From Nitrospirota bacterium (GTDB taxonomy: Bacteria; Nitrospirota; UBA9217): a DNA stretch of 64,000 nt. The position numbers and the translations under genes are program-made. The stretch spans positions 152,090-216,089 of the forward strand of contig CAWCKW010000006.1 of the NCBI GenBank assembly GCA_963796285.1, in the 5' to 3' direction. Positions 10,823-20,861 of this stretch are shown piece by piece; positions within the stretch are counted from its first letter, which is position 1, and every line of letters begins with the position of its first letter. Below the pieces are notes generated by a model. The model searched no databases. It was not told the origin of the DNA and saw only the letters and a list, made by a program, of their open reading frames with translations.

Positions 10823-11737
10823 ATGGAACAAACAGGCAGCATAGGCAGCGAAACACTTCTTGACTGCATCGTCATCGGGGCGGGCCCGGGAGGCCTGCAG
10901 GCCTGCATTCACCTTGGCCGCTACAACTTCCGCGTCATGCTGTTCCATATCCTTGGGGGGCGGACGCTCCTCGCGAAACATATCGAGAACTACCTCGGCA
11001 TTCCCGTTGTCTCCGGCCCGAACCTCCTGGAGACCGGCCTTGCCCAGGCAAAAAGCTTCGGCGTCGCTGTGGAGAACGCCAAGGTGGACCGTGTCACACC
11101 CCGGGAGGGGCACTTCGAGGTGCTGGCCGGGGGGAAGACCTATCGCTCACGCTTTGTCATCGCCGCCTCAGGGGCCAAGGAGACCCTTGCCCCGTTCAAG
11201 AATCTTTATCGCTTCTTCGGCATCTCCTATTACACCTGCATGATCTGCGACGGCTACCGCACCACGGGCAAGAAACTGCTCGTCATTGACCGCACCATCA
11301 ACGGGGTGCGCCTCAGCGTCGGCATGAAGCAGATGTACACCAAGGACGTGACCTTCCTCGCCCACGGCTTTACCCTGGCGCCGGTGTATCGGTCACTGCT
11401 CGATGACGAGGGGATCGGCCTGGTCGAGGGGCGGCCGGAAGAACTGCTCGGCGAGAAGGCCCTCGAGGGGGTGCGGCTTTCCGACGGCCGCGTTATCCCC
11501 TGCGAGGTCATCCTGGGGTGGGGCGGGATATCCCTGAACGACGAGTACCTCGAGGGCATCGACCTGGAGCGCGACGCCGAGGGGTTCAAAATAGCGACGA
11601 AGGGCTCGGGCGAGTCGAGCATCCCCGGCTTCTTCGTCCTGGGCGCTCTCCGCCACGGCCACTCCCAAGCGATCATTTCCGCCGGCCAGGGTGCCGAGGC
11701 AGCGATCGAGATCAGCACGAGGATCGTCGAACTCTAA
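10823..11737 (+). CDS. Thioredoxin reductase-like NAD(P)/FAD oxidoreductase
   Basis: GAGPGG FAD-binding motif, CMICDG redox motif, SIPGFFVLG. Confidence 0.85.
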   Translation: MEQTGSIGSETLLDCIVIGAGPGGLQACIHLGRYNFRVMLFHILGGRTLLAKHIENYLGIPVVSGPNLLETGLAQAKSFGVAVENAKVDRVTPREGHFEVLAGGKTYRSRFVIAASGAKETLAPFKNLYRFFGISYYTCMICDGYRTTGKKLLVIDRTINGVRLSVGMKQMYTKDVTFLAHGFTLAPVYRSLLDDEGIGLVEGRPEELLGEKALEGVRLSDGRVIPCEVILGWGGISLNDEYLEGIDLERDAEGFKIATKGSGESSIPGFFVLGALRHGHSQAIISAGQGAEAAIEISTRIVEL

Positions 11738-11760
11738 AAGAAGATATTGTTAGTACAGGC

Positions 11761-12009
11761 TTAGCTGTGCGATGAAGCGGTTGACTGCGACGGTCTTGCC
11801 GGCCTCGGCCCCGAACCGGATGGCCGCGCGCGCTTGAGGAGCTTCCGCCTTCGCTTCTCCGCCTCGATCTGCTTGTTCTTTTTCTTCACCGAGGGCTTTT
11901 CGTAATGACGTCGCTTCTTCAGTTCGCCCATGAGGCCGTCCTGCTGGAGCTTCTTCTTCAGGTCCCGCAGGGCCTTTTCGATGTTCTGGGACTGGACCCT
12001 TATCTCCAC
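11761..12009 (-). CDS. rpsU: 30S ribosomal protein S21 with C-terminal extension
   Basis: IEKALRDLKK...KRRHYEKPSVKKK; GTG start overlaps the upstream gene. Confidence 0.9.
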   Translation of the reverse strand: MEIRVQSQNIEKALRDLKKKLQQDGLMGELKKRRHYEKPSVKKKNKQIEAEKRRRKLLKRARPSGSGPRPARPSQSTASSHS

Positions 12010-12326
12010 GATTTTCCCCCTCCTCCGCCGTATCCGCCGCGATCACCCCTGCCGCCGCCACCGGAACCCGAGCGGTCAGTCTTGGGTTTTGCCTCGTTCA
12101 CCGTGATAGTCCGGTCCATGAATGTGGTGCCGTTCATGGCAGTGATCGCTTTGGCCGCGTCCTCGTCCGACGCCATCTCCACGAAACCGAACCCTTTGGA
12201 CCTGCCGCTCGCCTGATCGACGATCAGCGTGGCGGATACGACCTCGCCAAGCTTCGAGAATGCCTCGCGTAAATCCTCCTCGTGGGTGTTATACGATAAA
12301 TTTCCAACATACAGTTTCTTCGCCAT
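12000..12326 (-). CDS. RRM RNA-binding protein with Gly-rich tail
   Basis: RNP2 LYVGNL, RNP1 KGFGFVEM, GGGGRGDRGG tail. Confidence 0.95.
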   Translation of the reverse strand: MAKKLYVGNLSYNTHEEDLREAFSKLGEVVSATLIVDQASGRSKGFGFVEMASDEDAAKAITAMNGTTFMDRTITVNEAKPKTDRSGSGGGGRGDRGGYGGGGGKSWR

Positions 12327-12593
12327 GTTGCCTCCTATGTTATTTCAAGTTCACGCTGACGGTCAATGCCGCGCAGCGCGTTACGTCTTCACCTCGGTCA
12401 TGTGGTCCTAAAAAAGCGTGCGCGGACTCGCGTGAGTATTCACAAAACCGCGTCTCTCGCCAACCAGGTATGCTATCGCTTTTAAGTAAGAAAAGGTGAG
12501 AGCAGGAAGAGTCAGTTATCGAAGATGCGGCGCGGACGATATTTCGTTCCAATACGCGAGGGCCTTGCCCCATTTATAATAGTGTATGTGTCT

Positions 12594-12621
12594 ATTATAC
12601 CGTTTTCGCTGGCAAATGCAA
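12594..12621 (-). promoter_or_regulatory. Sigma70 promoter for RRM-rpsU (about 260 nt leader)
   Basis: TTGCAT-16 nt-TATAAT on the minus strand. Confidence 0.6.
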
Positions 12622-12694
12622 GGATTACTCGAAAAAGATCGTGACACTGTGGGAACGTTAAACAAAAAGCGAGAAAGATCGTTTGGACCGGGCT

Positions 12695-12790
12695 ATGCTA
12701 TATATTCGGCATGACCATCCCTGCTCGTGTTCCCGGAAGAACCAATCAGCTCGCCACAGGGCTGGGCCTAGGAAGTGAACGCATTCTGAG
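12695..12790 (+). repeat. Degenerate copy of the promoter and first ~27 codons of the aldo/keto reductase gene
   Basis: TGCTATATATTCGGCATGACCATCCCTGCTCGT...GGAAGAACC aligns with 13262-13357. Confidence 0.8.
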
Positions 12791-12856
12791 CAAAATCAAT
12801 AGATTCCCTCTACGTTATGTATACTTAGATCAAGGAAGAACGCTGAAGGTGGCACA

Positions 12857-12975
12857 ATGTTGATCGAGATGCTGCAAGACAAAGATGCTGAGAAATCAGG
12901 CAGAGTCATGAAGGCAATGCTTCAAATGAATAAAATTGTATAAAAACGTTAAAGCAAGCCTATGAGCAAAAATGA
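12857..12975 (+). pseudogene. C-terminal remnant of a VOC/PhnB-like protein
   Basis: MLIEMLQDKDAEKSGRVMKAMLQMNKI-IKTLKQAYEQK*, typical C-terminus of this family. Confidence 0.65.
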
Positions 12976-12988
12976 TATGCCACTAATA

Positions 12989-13123
12989 AATGACAAAGTC
13001 GTAAAAAGTCTTGTCTCACACAAAACCACTAAGCTACGGAGAGGGACCACCTCCATAATTAATAGCTTTTCTTTGTGCCCTTTGTCCTTAGTGTGAAAAA
13101 TTGACTCTTACGAGATTATCATT
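12989..13123. repeat. MITE/REP-like element with imperfect terminal inverted repeats
   Basis: TCGTAAAAAGTC...GACTCTTACGA enclosing TCACAC..CACTAAG / CTTAGTGTGA. Confidence 0.55.
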
Positions 13124-13276
13124 AAATGAAAAGGACAAATAAGATATGGCAAAAAGCAAAATTGAGATAGCCAATACAAACGGTCCCGTCCCGCATTGAT
13201 TCGTATGATCGTATCTTTGTCGTATGAACGAAAGCGATGAAACCTCGCATATCCGCGGTTGTGCTATACTTTCGGC

Positions 13277-14110
13277 ATGTCCATCCCTACTCGTATTCTC
13301 GGAAGAACCGGACAGCTCGTCACAAGGCTCGGCCTCGGCGGCGAAGGGGTTCTCAGGACCTTTGGGCAGGACCAGGCCGCGTATGCACTGGTCAACCGGG
13401 CGCTGGATCTGGGCATTACCTATTGCGAATCCGCGCGGGCTTACTCGGGAAGCGAGGTCTATTACGGGAAGGCGCTCGGGGAGCGGCGGAAGGAGATCTT
13501 TCTCGCCAGCAAATCCCACAACCGCAACAAAAAGGGCGCGCTGGCCCATCTGCATGAGACGCTGACGAATATGAAGACCGACCATCTGGATCTCTGGCAG
13601 GTACATGACGTGCGGGAGGCAGAGGATATCGCAGCTATCTTCGGGCCGGGCGGCGCTATCGAGGCCTTTGTCGAGGCAAAGCAGCAAGGGAAAACACGGT
13701 TCATCGGCATCACCGGCCATCACGATCCTTCCATCATAAGGAAGTGCATCGAGCAATTCGATTTCGATACCGTTTTGATGCCGGTCAATCCTGCAGAGCA
13801 GAAGTTTAAGAGCTTTATCGAGAACGTCCTGCCCCTGGCTCGGGAGAAGAACATGGGGATCATCGGCATGAAGGTCTATTTACGCGGATACGCCTCTGGT
13901 TTACCGTGGTACGCCAGCATGGAACCTTTCCTGCGTTTCGCCCTCTCCCAGCCAATAACCAACGTCGTCATCGGCTGCGACGACATCGCACAGCTCGAAC
14001 AGAATGTTGAATTCATCGGTTCATTCGAGCCCATGACGCAGGAGCAGCAGCAGGATCTCATCCGAGACGTGTCTCCCTTTGCGCGGCAGCTCATGTATTA
14101 CAAACCATAA
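13277..14110 (+). CDS. Aldo/keto reductase
   Basis: RILGRTG...LGLGG, FLASK, TDHLDLWQVH, RFIGITGH, IIGMK. Confidence 0.92.
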   Translation: MSIPTRILGRTGQLVTRLGLGGEGVLRTFGQDQAAYALVNRALDLGITYCESARAYSGSEVYYGKALGERRKEIFLASKSHNRNKKGALAHLHETLTNMKTDHLDLWQVHDVREAEDIAAIFGPGGAIEAFVEAKQQGKTRFIGITGHHDPSIIRKCIEQFDFDTVLMPVNPAEQKFKSFIENVLPLAREKNMGIIGMKVYLRGYASGLPWYASMEPFLRFALSQPITNVVIGCDDIAQLEQNVEFIGSFEPMTQEQQQDLIRDVSPFARQLMYYKP

Positions 14111-14419
14111 TCCCTGCGACGTTCGAATAAAATTTGGTGATATCATCCTGGGAGAAGGATCCAATCTCGAAGGAGGTCTTGTCTATGAGGCACTCATTAA
14201 TGCGGGGTGAGGTGAGTATTATTGGGAACCGGTGAAAGTTATGTTCAACCAGTAATAATAGGGACTCTAGAATCAAAAATGATCTGATCTCAAAAGATCT
14301 CAAGGATATCCTGAGCAGACTATCCTTTTCTAGGAACAGGGGGAAATAACAACAGGATGTTTTACTTTATTAAAGGGCTGGAATTGTACGTCACATAACA
14401 GGAGTGTCTAACAGAAGAG

Positions 14420-14618
14420 AAAAAAAATTGTGCCTTGAGTTTTGAGTGTTTGCGAGGCTGGTTCCAAAGTATTTGCCTTAGCAGATGCTTTAGGCTACCC
14501 TCTCTGTTCCTGTGAGGGCTTGCACACCGCATGATGCATAGAGGCGTTCTGATTACTACGGTACCTCTCAACTCAAAACCCAAGGCGAACTGGTAAACTT
14601 GCAGACGATTAAAGCGTT
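14420..14618 (-). ncRNA. Candidate stand-alone structured ncRNA, 6S RNA-like
   Basis: Own promoter (TTGCTA-16-TGcTATACT), 16-bp closing stem 14432-14447/14571-14586 with a G-U pair only on the minus strand, central bubble, inner stems, U8 tail; no credible ORF. Confidence 0.55.
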
Positions 14619-14763
14619 AGTGATAGTATAGCACAGATTTTCAATTTAGCAAGTTCTTGCCGACTATCCCCACTGGGCATATCCTTACCCTGGATTCCCA
14701 CCACTTAACAAGCAGTTATCAAAACCCTGTAGCCTCCCGAAGATGAGTGGAGTATAATTCGGC

Positions 14764-15417
14764 ATGAGTAATAAAAAGGCACAATTCTCGGTACGTCCTT
14801 TTGACAAGCTCCGTAAAACAATGGAGCAACGCGAGGCATTAACTATGCCCGCGACTCCTCGCCAAAAGAAGAAAGAAGACTATACCGACGAAGAGCTGTT
14901 CAGCCGCGAGATGGACGACGTCCTGGTGATCGAGGAATTCCGTTCACTTACCTGCGCTCCTTGCCCACAAAACAAGAGAACGGCACTAGTGCCGCGCGAC
15001 CCTGATAAGGAAGCGCTTGCGGAACTCTGCGATATCACGGAAGGGCTGCTGCCGATCCATCTGCCCGATACCCAGGAATATGTGGAATGGGTCCATCCCG
15101 CGTTTCGCGATGATATCATCCGGAGCCTGCATGAGGGGCGGTTTTCGGTCCAGGCATATCTCGATCTTCACGGGTTCATTGTTCCCGAAGCAGAGAACGA
15201 ATTGGACGAGTTCATTTTGGACGCGCTGAAAAAGGGCCTGAGCTGCATCAAGATCATCCATGGCCGCGGCCTTCGATCGGTCAAAGGCGCCCGGCTGAAG
15301 CACGCGGTGGTGAAAAGACTGTCCGGCCATTTCCGCAGAGACATCATCGCCTATGTGACTGCACGCCAGTGCGACGGCGGCCTGGGTGCGCTGTATGTAC
15401 TCTTGAGAAAAAAATAG
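14764..15417 (+). CDS. Smr domain protein (SmrA/SmrB-like)
   Basis: LDLHG, IIHGRGLRS, GGLGALYVLL. Confidence 0.9.
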   Translation: MSNKKAQFSVRPFDKLRKTMEQREALTMPATPRQKKKEDYTDEELFSREMDDVLVIEEFRSLTCAPCPQNKRTALVPRDPDKEALAELCDITEGLLPIHLPDTQEYVEWVHPAFRDDIIRSLHEGRFSVQAYLDLHGFIVPEAENELDEFILDALKKGLSCIKIIHGRGLRSVKGARLKHAVVKRLSGHFRRDIIAYVTARQCDGGLGALYVLLRKK

Positions 15418-15446
15418 GACCCTCCACGTTCACTCCGAAAAATATT

Positions 15447-16304
15447 ATGAATAAGAAGACAACAATGACCCGTCGACCGAAGAATAACAAGGCACTCACC
15501 TTGGCCCAGGCCCGTGCGTTCCAAAAAAAAATTTACGGTCACTACAACACCCAGGGCCGAGACCTCCCGTGGCGAAAAAAGCTGAATCCCTACCGCGTGC
15601 TGGTCTCGGAGATCATGCTCCAGCAGACGCAAGTGGAGCGGGTCATCGAAAAGTTCCAGGGGTTCCTCAAAGCGTTTCCCGATTTCAATGCCCTTGCACA
15701 TGCACCGCTCCCGAGACTGCTCAAGATCTGGCAGGGCATGGGATATAACCGCAGGGCCCTGGCACTCAAGGCGCTTGCGCAAAAGGTCGTTGCTGAACAT
15801 CGGGGCAAGCTTCCCCAAGAGCCCGAAAAGCTGATTTCACTCCCGGGTATCGGACCGTATACTGCAGGTGCGATTTCAGCCTTTGCCTTCAACCGGCCCG
15901 TCGTGTTCATGGACACGAACATCCGTCGGGTCTATATACATGAGTTTTTTCATGATCGCGATGATATCCATGATGATGAAATAATCCCTTTCCTCGAACG
16001 GACGATGGATGCCGAACATCCGGGGAAATGGTACAATGCTCTCATGGATTACGGGACCATGCTGAAGAAGGAGCATGTGAATCCGAACCGGAGGAGTGCG
16101 CACTATTCGCGCCAGAGCCCCTTCGAGAATTCGAACCGGCAGGTGCGCGGCAGGATCCTCAACGTGCTGGTGAAGGAAGCACCGCTCACCCAGGCGCAGA
16201 TCGTGCTGAGGTCCGGGATGGACCGGGATCGGGTGAAGCAGAATCTCGTGCAGCTTATGGAAGAAGGGTTCATTAAGAAGAAGGGCATATTGTTCGCCCT
16301 CTAG
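15447..16304 (+). CDS. mutY: MutY-like HhH-GPD adenine glycosylase, short form without Fe-S motif
   Basis: RDLPWR, VSEIMLQQT, WQGMGYNRRA, LPGIGPYTA, DTNIRR; C-terminal HTH-like segment; start uncertain. Confidence 0.85.
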   Translation: MNKKTTMTRRPKNNKALTLAQARAFQKKIYGHYNTQGRDLPWRKKLNPYRVLVSEIMLQQTQVERVIEKFQGFLKAFPDFNALAHAPLPRLLKIWQGMGYNRRALALKALAQKVVAEHRGKLPQEPEKLISLPGIGPYTAGAISAFAFNRPVVFMDTNIRRVYIHEFFHDRDDIHDDEIIPFLERTMDAEHPGKWYNALMDYGTMLKKEHVNPNRRSAHYSRQSPFENSNRQVRGRILNVLVKEAPLTQAQIVLRSGMDRDRVKQNLVQLMEEGFIKKKGILFAL

Positions 16305-16364
16305 TAATGCCCGTTAGATCCCCTGTCCAGCCGAGCGGGAGAGGGAGCAAGAGGTCGTCATACC

Positions 16365-17279
16365 ATGAGATCAGCCCCCGACTATATTCAGTTCTACCCC
16401 ACGCTCCGATGCAACCAATCATGCGAGTTTTGTTTTAACCGATCAATGCCGCCCATGCCGGATATGTCAGCTGATGACTTCAGCGTTATGCTCGAAAAGA
16501 TCATCGCGCTCCCGGTGAGGACCCTGGATATTATCGGCGGCGAGCCTTCCCTGCATCCGCATATCGTCGGGTTTGTCCGAAAGGCAGTGCAGCACGGACT
16601 GAACGTAAATGTCAGTTCCAATGGAACAAATATTGTTGTGCTCGAAGACCTGCTGGATGCAGGCAACAAGGTTGCCATCGGAATATCGATCAACGACCGG
16701 GAATCCCTGGATCGTTTAGCCGGGTTTATTCAAAAGAATAAGGTGGTCGTGAAATCGATCTTTCATCCGGCAATTGATGAAGCGTTCATTCGCGACATCC
16801 TCGCCCTCAGGCCAAAGACGTTTTATCTGATCTATCGCGATACCCTGGATTCTAAAGACCTTCACGCGAGCGTGCCTTTTCATCAATTCATATCGGTTGC
16901 AACAGAACGGTTCTATCCGCCGCAGGCCGATACGGTCTTCTGTTCGGGCTTCATACCCGATAGCGTGAATTATCCCGAGCTTGCGCAGGTGCGATGTCCC
17001 GCCGGCACCACGAAGCTCGGCATCATGCCAGACGGCTCCGTCTATCCCTGCAATCTGTTCTTCGGAAAAAAGGAATTTCTGCTCGGCAATATCCTGACCG
17101 ATCCGTTCGAGTCCATCTGGCATCACCGGGCCCTTGACTTTTTTCGGGCCGCTGTTCACAACAGCTGTCCTGAAACAACCTGTGAACTTCATACCCGATG
17201 CCACGGCGGATGCCCTGCGCACAGTTTCGCACATACCGGCAGGTTGAATGCTCCTGATCCGCGTTGCGTCGGAGGTTGA
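16365..17279 (+). CDS. Radical SAM/SPASM domain protein
   Basis: CNQSCEFC, GGEP, CPAG...DGSVYPC, C-x3-C-x5-C-x3-C and DPRC. Confidence 0.9.
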   Translation: MRSAPDYIQFYPTLRCNQSCEFCFNRSMPPMPDMSADDFSVMLEKIIALPVRTLDIIGGEPSLHPHIVGFVRKAVQHGLNVNVSSNGTNIVVLEDLLDAGNKVAIGISINDRESLDRLAGFIQKNKVVVKSIFHPAIDEAFIRDILALRPKTFYLIYRDTLDSKDLHASVPFHQFISVATERFYPPQADTVFCSGFIPDSVNYPELAQVRCPAGTTKLGIMPDGSVYPCNLFFGKKEFLLGNILTDPFESIWHHRALDFFRAAVHNSCPETTCELHTRCHGGCPAHSFAHTGRLNAPDPRCVGG

Positions 17280-17345
17280 CAGGCTTCATGAGGGAGAGTA
17301 AAATTGAACGCAGGTTTAATGAACACATACCCGAGGAGGTCGATC

Positions 17346-17621
17346 ATGGTTACTGCGCTGGTCCTGTTGAATGTTGAGAGGAGCAAGGTGAACACGGTAG
17401 CGGAGATGCTTGCGGAGATGAACGGCGTTTCCGAGGTCTATTCGATCGCCGGCAGATACGATCTTGCCGTTGTCATTCGGGCCCGGGACAACGACCAGAT
17501 GGCCGAGTTGGTGACCGACCATATGCTCAAGGTCGACGGTATCATCAAATCAGAGACGCTTATCGCCTTCCGCGTGCACTCCCGCCACGATCTGGACAGC
17601 ATGTTCTCCATAGGAATGTAG
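17346..17621 (+). CDS. Lrp/AsnC ligand-binding-domain-only protein
   Basis: EVYSIAGRYDL, SETLIAF; no HTH; GAGGAGG RBS. Confidence 0.85.
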   Translation: MVTALVLLNVERSKVNTVAEMLAEMNGVSEVYSIAGRYDLAVVIRARDNDQMAELVTDHMLKVDGIIKSETLIAFRVHSRHDLDSMFSIGM

Positions 17622-17749
17622 CGTAGTATGTGCTAGTCATTCCCACCGGTGATCTGAAGAAAATATCATTGAGAATGTCCCCAAAATAGTATACTATTAC
17701 CCCACGTTGCCGCATTTATAACAGGACACTAATTGATTGAGGAGGATGT

Positions 17750-19102
17750 ATGAGACAGACCAAGATTCTTCTTTCCGACAAGGAGATCCCAACCAAGTGG
17801 TACAACATCATGGCGGACATGCCGAGCAAACCCAAGCCGCCCCTCCACCCGGGCACGCATCAGCCGATCGGACCGCAGGATCTTACCCCGATCTTTCCCA
17901 TGGCGCTCATCGAGCAGGAAGTGAGCCAGGAGCGCTGGATCGACATCCCTGAAGAGGTCCTCGACATCTACTCACTCTGGAGACCTTCACCTCTGTACCG
18001 GGCGCACCGGCTCGAGAAGGCCCTTGGCACTCCGGCAAAGATCTATTATAAATACGAGGGCGTAAGCCCGGCAGGCAGCCACAAGCCGAACACCGCCATT
18101 CCCCAGGCTTATTATAATAAGAAGGCGGGGATCAAGCGCATCGCTACAGAGACGGGTGCCGGGCAGTGGGGGGCATCCATGGCGCTCGCGGGCAAGCTTT
18201 TCGGACTTGACGTCACGGTGTACATGGTGAAGGTGAGCTATGGCCAGAAACCCTATCGAAGAATTCAGATGGAGACATGGGGCGCCACGGTGCATGCAAG
18301 CCCGTCGAAGGTCACGAACTCGGGAAGGAAGGCCCTCGAGCTCGATCCGAACAACCAGGGCAGCCTCGGCCTCGCCATCTCCGAGGCTGTGGAGGACGCG
18401 GCCACTCACGATGATACGAACTATGCACTCGGTTCAGTGCTGAACCACGTATGTCTGCACCAGACCGTGATCGGGCTCGAGGCCAAGAAACAGATGGAGA
18501 TCGCGGGCGATTATCCCGACGTCGTGATCGGCTGCTGCGGCGGCGGGAGCAACCTCGCGGGTATCAGCTTTCCGTTCGTGCACGACAAGATCGAGGGCAA
18601 GAAGGTCCGCATCATGGCGGTCGAGCCGGCGTCCTGCCCCACGCTCACCAAGGGCGAGTTCAAGTACGACTTCGGCGATGTTGCCGGACTTACTCCCCTG
18701 ATGACCATGTATACGCTCGGCCATGACTTCATGCCGCCGGGCATCCATGCCGGCGGGCTTCGCTACCACGGCGATTCACCGCTCATCTCCCAGCTTTATC
18801 ATGACAAGCTCATCGAGGCCAGGGCGTACAACCAGATTCCGGTATTCGAGGCGGCGCTGCAATTCGCCAATACGGAGGCGATCATCCCGGCCCCTGAGAG
18901 CGCGCATGCGATCCGGGCGGCCATCGATGAGGCGCTGCTCTGCAAGCAGGAAGGCAAACCGAAGACGATTTTATTCAACCTGAGCGGCCATGGGTACCTC
19001 GATCTCCAGGCCTATGCCGATTATCATGATGGCAAGCTCCAGGATTACGAGTATCCAGCAGCGAAGATCAAAGAGGCGCTCGCAAAGCTTCCGAAGATCT
19101 AG
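17750..19102 (+). CDS. trpB2: TrpB2 (tryptophan synthase beta-like PLP enzyme)
   Basis: [36 protein letters not shown]. Confidence 0.95.
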   Translation: MRQTKILLSDKEIPTKWYNIMADMPSKPKPPLHPGTHQPIGPQDLTPIFPMALIEQEVSQERWIDIPEEVLDIYSLWRPSPLYRAHRLEKALGTPAKIYYKYEGVSPAGSHKPNTAIPQAYYNKKAGIKRIATETGAGQWGASMALAGKLFGLDVTVYMVKVSYGQKPYRRIQMETWGATVHASPSKVTNSGRKALELDPNNQGSLGLAISEAVEDAATHDDTNYALGSVLNHVCLHQTVIGLEAKKQMEIAGDYPDVVIGCCGGGSNLAGISFPFVHDKIEGKKVRIMAVEPASCPTLTKGEFKYDFGDVAGLTPLMTMYTLGHDFMPPGIHAGGLRYHGDSPLISQLYHDKLIEARAYNQIPVFEAALQFANTEAIIPAPESAHAIRAAIDEALLCKQEGKPKTILFNLSGHGYLDLQAYADYHDGKLQDYEYPAAKIKEALAKLPKI

Positions 19103-19118
19103 ATCTTATTTTTCTCGT

Positions 19119-19148
19119 GCTCCCCGTCTTTGGACGGGGAGCTTTTTT
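19119..19148 (+). terminator. Intrinsic terminator
   Basis: GCTCCCCGTC-TTTG-GACGGGGAGC followed by T6. Confidence 0.85.
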
Positions 19149-19252
19149 GTTTTATAGAGATGGTAACAGGTGGAGGAGTAGAGGGAAAAGTGAGGCTACG
19201 TTTCGTCGTCGACAGGTTCCTTGCAATGACAGGTATTACGTTGTGTTAAAAA

Positions 19253-20861
19253 TTACGTTGTATTTGTATTCTGCATCTCCCGCTTGAACTCCGAGGTGAA
19301 GTGGAACTTGATCTCGGGGTAGGCCTCGATCATATTCCGCAACACCCAATCCGATTCAGCAAGAAACACGATATTGCCGTCCTTGTCCGTGGCAATGCGG
19401 TCCGACTTGAATCTGCAGAATTTGTCCATTTCCTTTTCGTCGCTCGCGGTGATCCAGCACGCCTTGTAAATTTTCATCGGTTCGAACCTGCAGGCCGCGT
19501 TGTACTCGTGCTCCAGCCGGTACTGGAGCACGTCGAACTGGAGCTGGCCCACCGTGCCGACGATCCTGCGGTTGCCCTGCTGCTGGGTGAAGAGCTGGGC
19601 CACGCCCTCGTCGGTAAGCTGCTCGATGCCTTTTGCAAGCTGCTTGGATTTCGACGGGTCGAGGTTCACGAGCTCCTTGAACACCTCGGGCGAAAAGGTA
19701 GGGATGCCCTGGAACATGAGCTTCTCGCCTTCCGTGAGCGTGTCGCCGATCTTGAAATTGCCCGTATCATACAGGCCGATCACATCGCCGGGAAAGGCCT
19801 CGTCCACAATGCTCTTGCGCGCCCCCAAAAAACTCGCCGGGCTGGTGAAGCGGATCTGTTTTCCCAAACGGACGTGAAGGAACATCTTGTTCCGCTCGAA
19901 CTTGCCTGAGCAGACCCGGATGAAGGCAATGCGGTCGCGGTGCCGGGGGTCCAGGTTTGCGTGGATCTTGAATACGAAGCCGGTGAAAGCCGCTTCGTCA
20001 GCGTTCACGATGCGCTGGTCCGTGGGTCTGCTGCCGGGCGTGGGAGCGATCTCGGTAAAGGTGTCCAACAGTTCCTTTACGCCGAAGTTGTTGATGGCGC
20101 TTCCGAAGAACACCGGCGCAAGGTCGGCGCGCGAGATAGGCATTGACGTCGAAGGGGTTGTGCGTACCTTCGATCAACTCCACGTCCTCCCGGAGCTTTA
20201 CTGCATAGTCGCCAAGCTGCTGGTCAAGGACCGGGTCGCCGATGCCCTGGATCTCGAGCACGTCGTTCGCGACTCTGACGCCGCCGGGCCGGAAGAGGTA
20301 GAGGCTGTTGTTATAGAGATTGTAAACACCCTTGAACGAGGTTCCCATGCTGATGGGCCAGGAGAGCGGCTGGACCTTGATATTCAACTTCGTTTCGAGC
20401 TCATCCAGAAGCTCGAAGGGATGCTTGCCCTCGCGGTCAAGCTTGTTCACGAAGATGATGACCGGCGTTTTGCGCATGCGGCAGACTTCCATAAGCCGCA
20501 GGGTCTGTTCCTCAACGCCTTTGACACAGTCGATGATGAGGATGACGCTGTCCACGGCGGTGAGCGTACGGTACGTGTCCTCGGCAAAATCCTTATGGCC
20601 GGGCGTGTCGAGCAAATTGATCTTGAGCCCGTTGTAGTCGAAGCCCATGACCGACGTTGCCACCGAGATGCCGCGCTGGCGCTCGATATCCATGAAATCC
20701 GAGGAGGTGCTCTTCCTGATCTTGTTCGACTTGACCGCGCCTGCCACCTGGATCGCTCCGCCGAAGAGCAGAAACTTTTCCGTCAGGGTGGTCTTTCCCG
20801 CATCCGGGTGACTGATGATGGCGAAGGTCCGCCGCTTATTTATTTCGTCTGTATAGCCCAT
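19253..20861 (-). CDS. prfC: Peptide chain release factor 3, one apparent frameshift near 20128
   Basis: [25 protein letters not shown] in ORF 19998-20861; [22 protein letters not shown] in ORF 19253-20143. Confidence 0.93.

Noticed and set aside
14432-14586. Retron msr-msd, lysine riboswitch or twister ribozyme reading of the hairpin
   Set aside because: No reverse transcriptase nearby, no downstream gene on that strand, and only partial matches to the consensus motifs
20120-20143. Programmed frameshift in release factor 3
   Set aside because: Programmed shifting is established for prfB (CTT TGA with internal SD), not prfC; the site is a GC dinucleotide run with no adjacent stop, and many similar indels occur in the window
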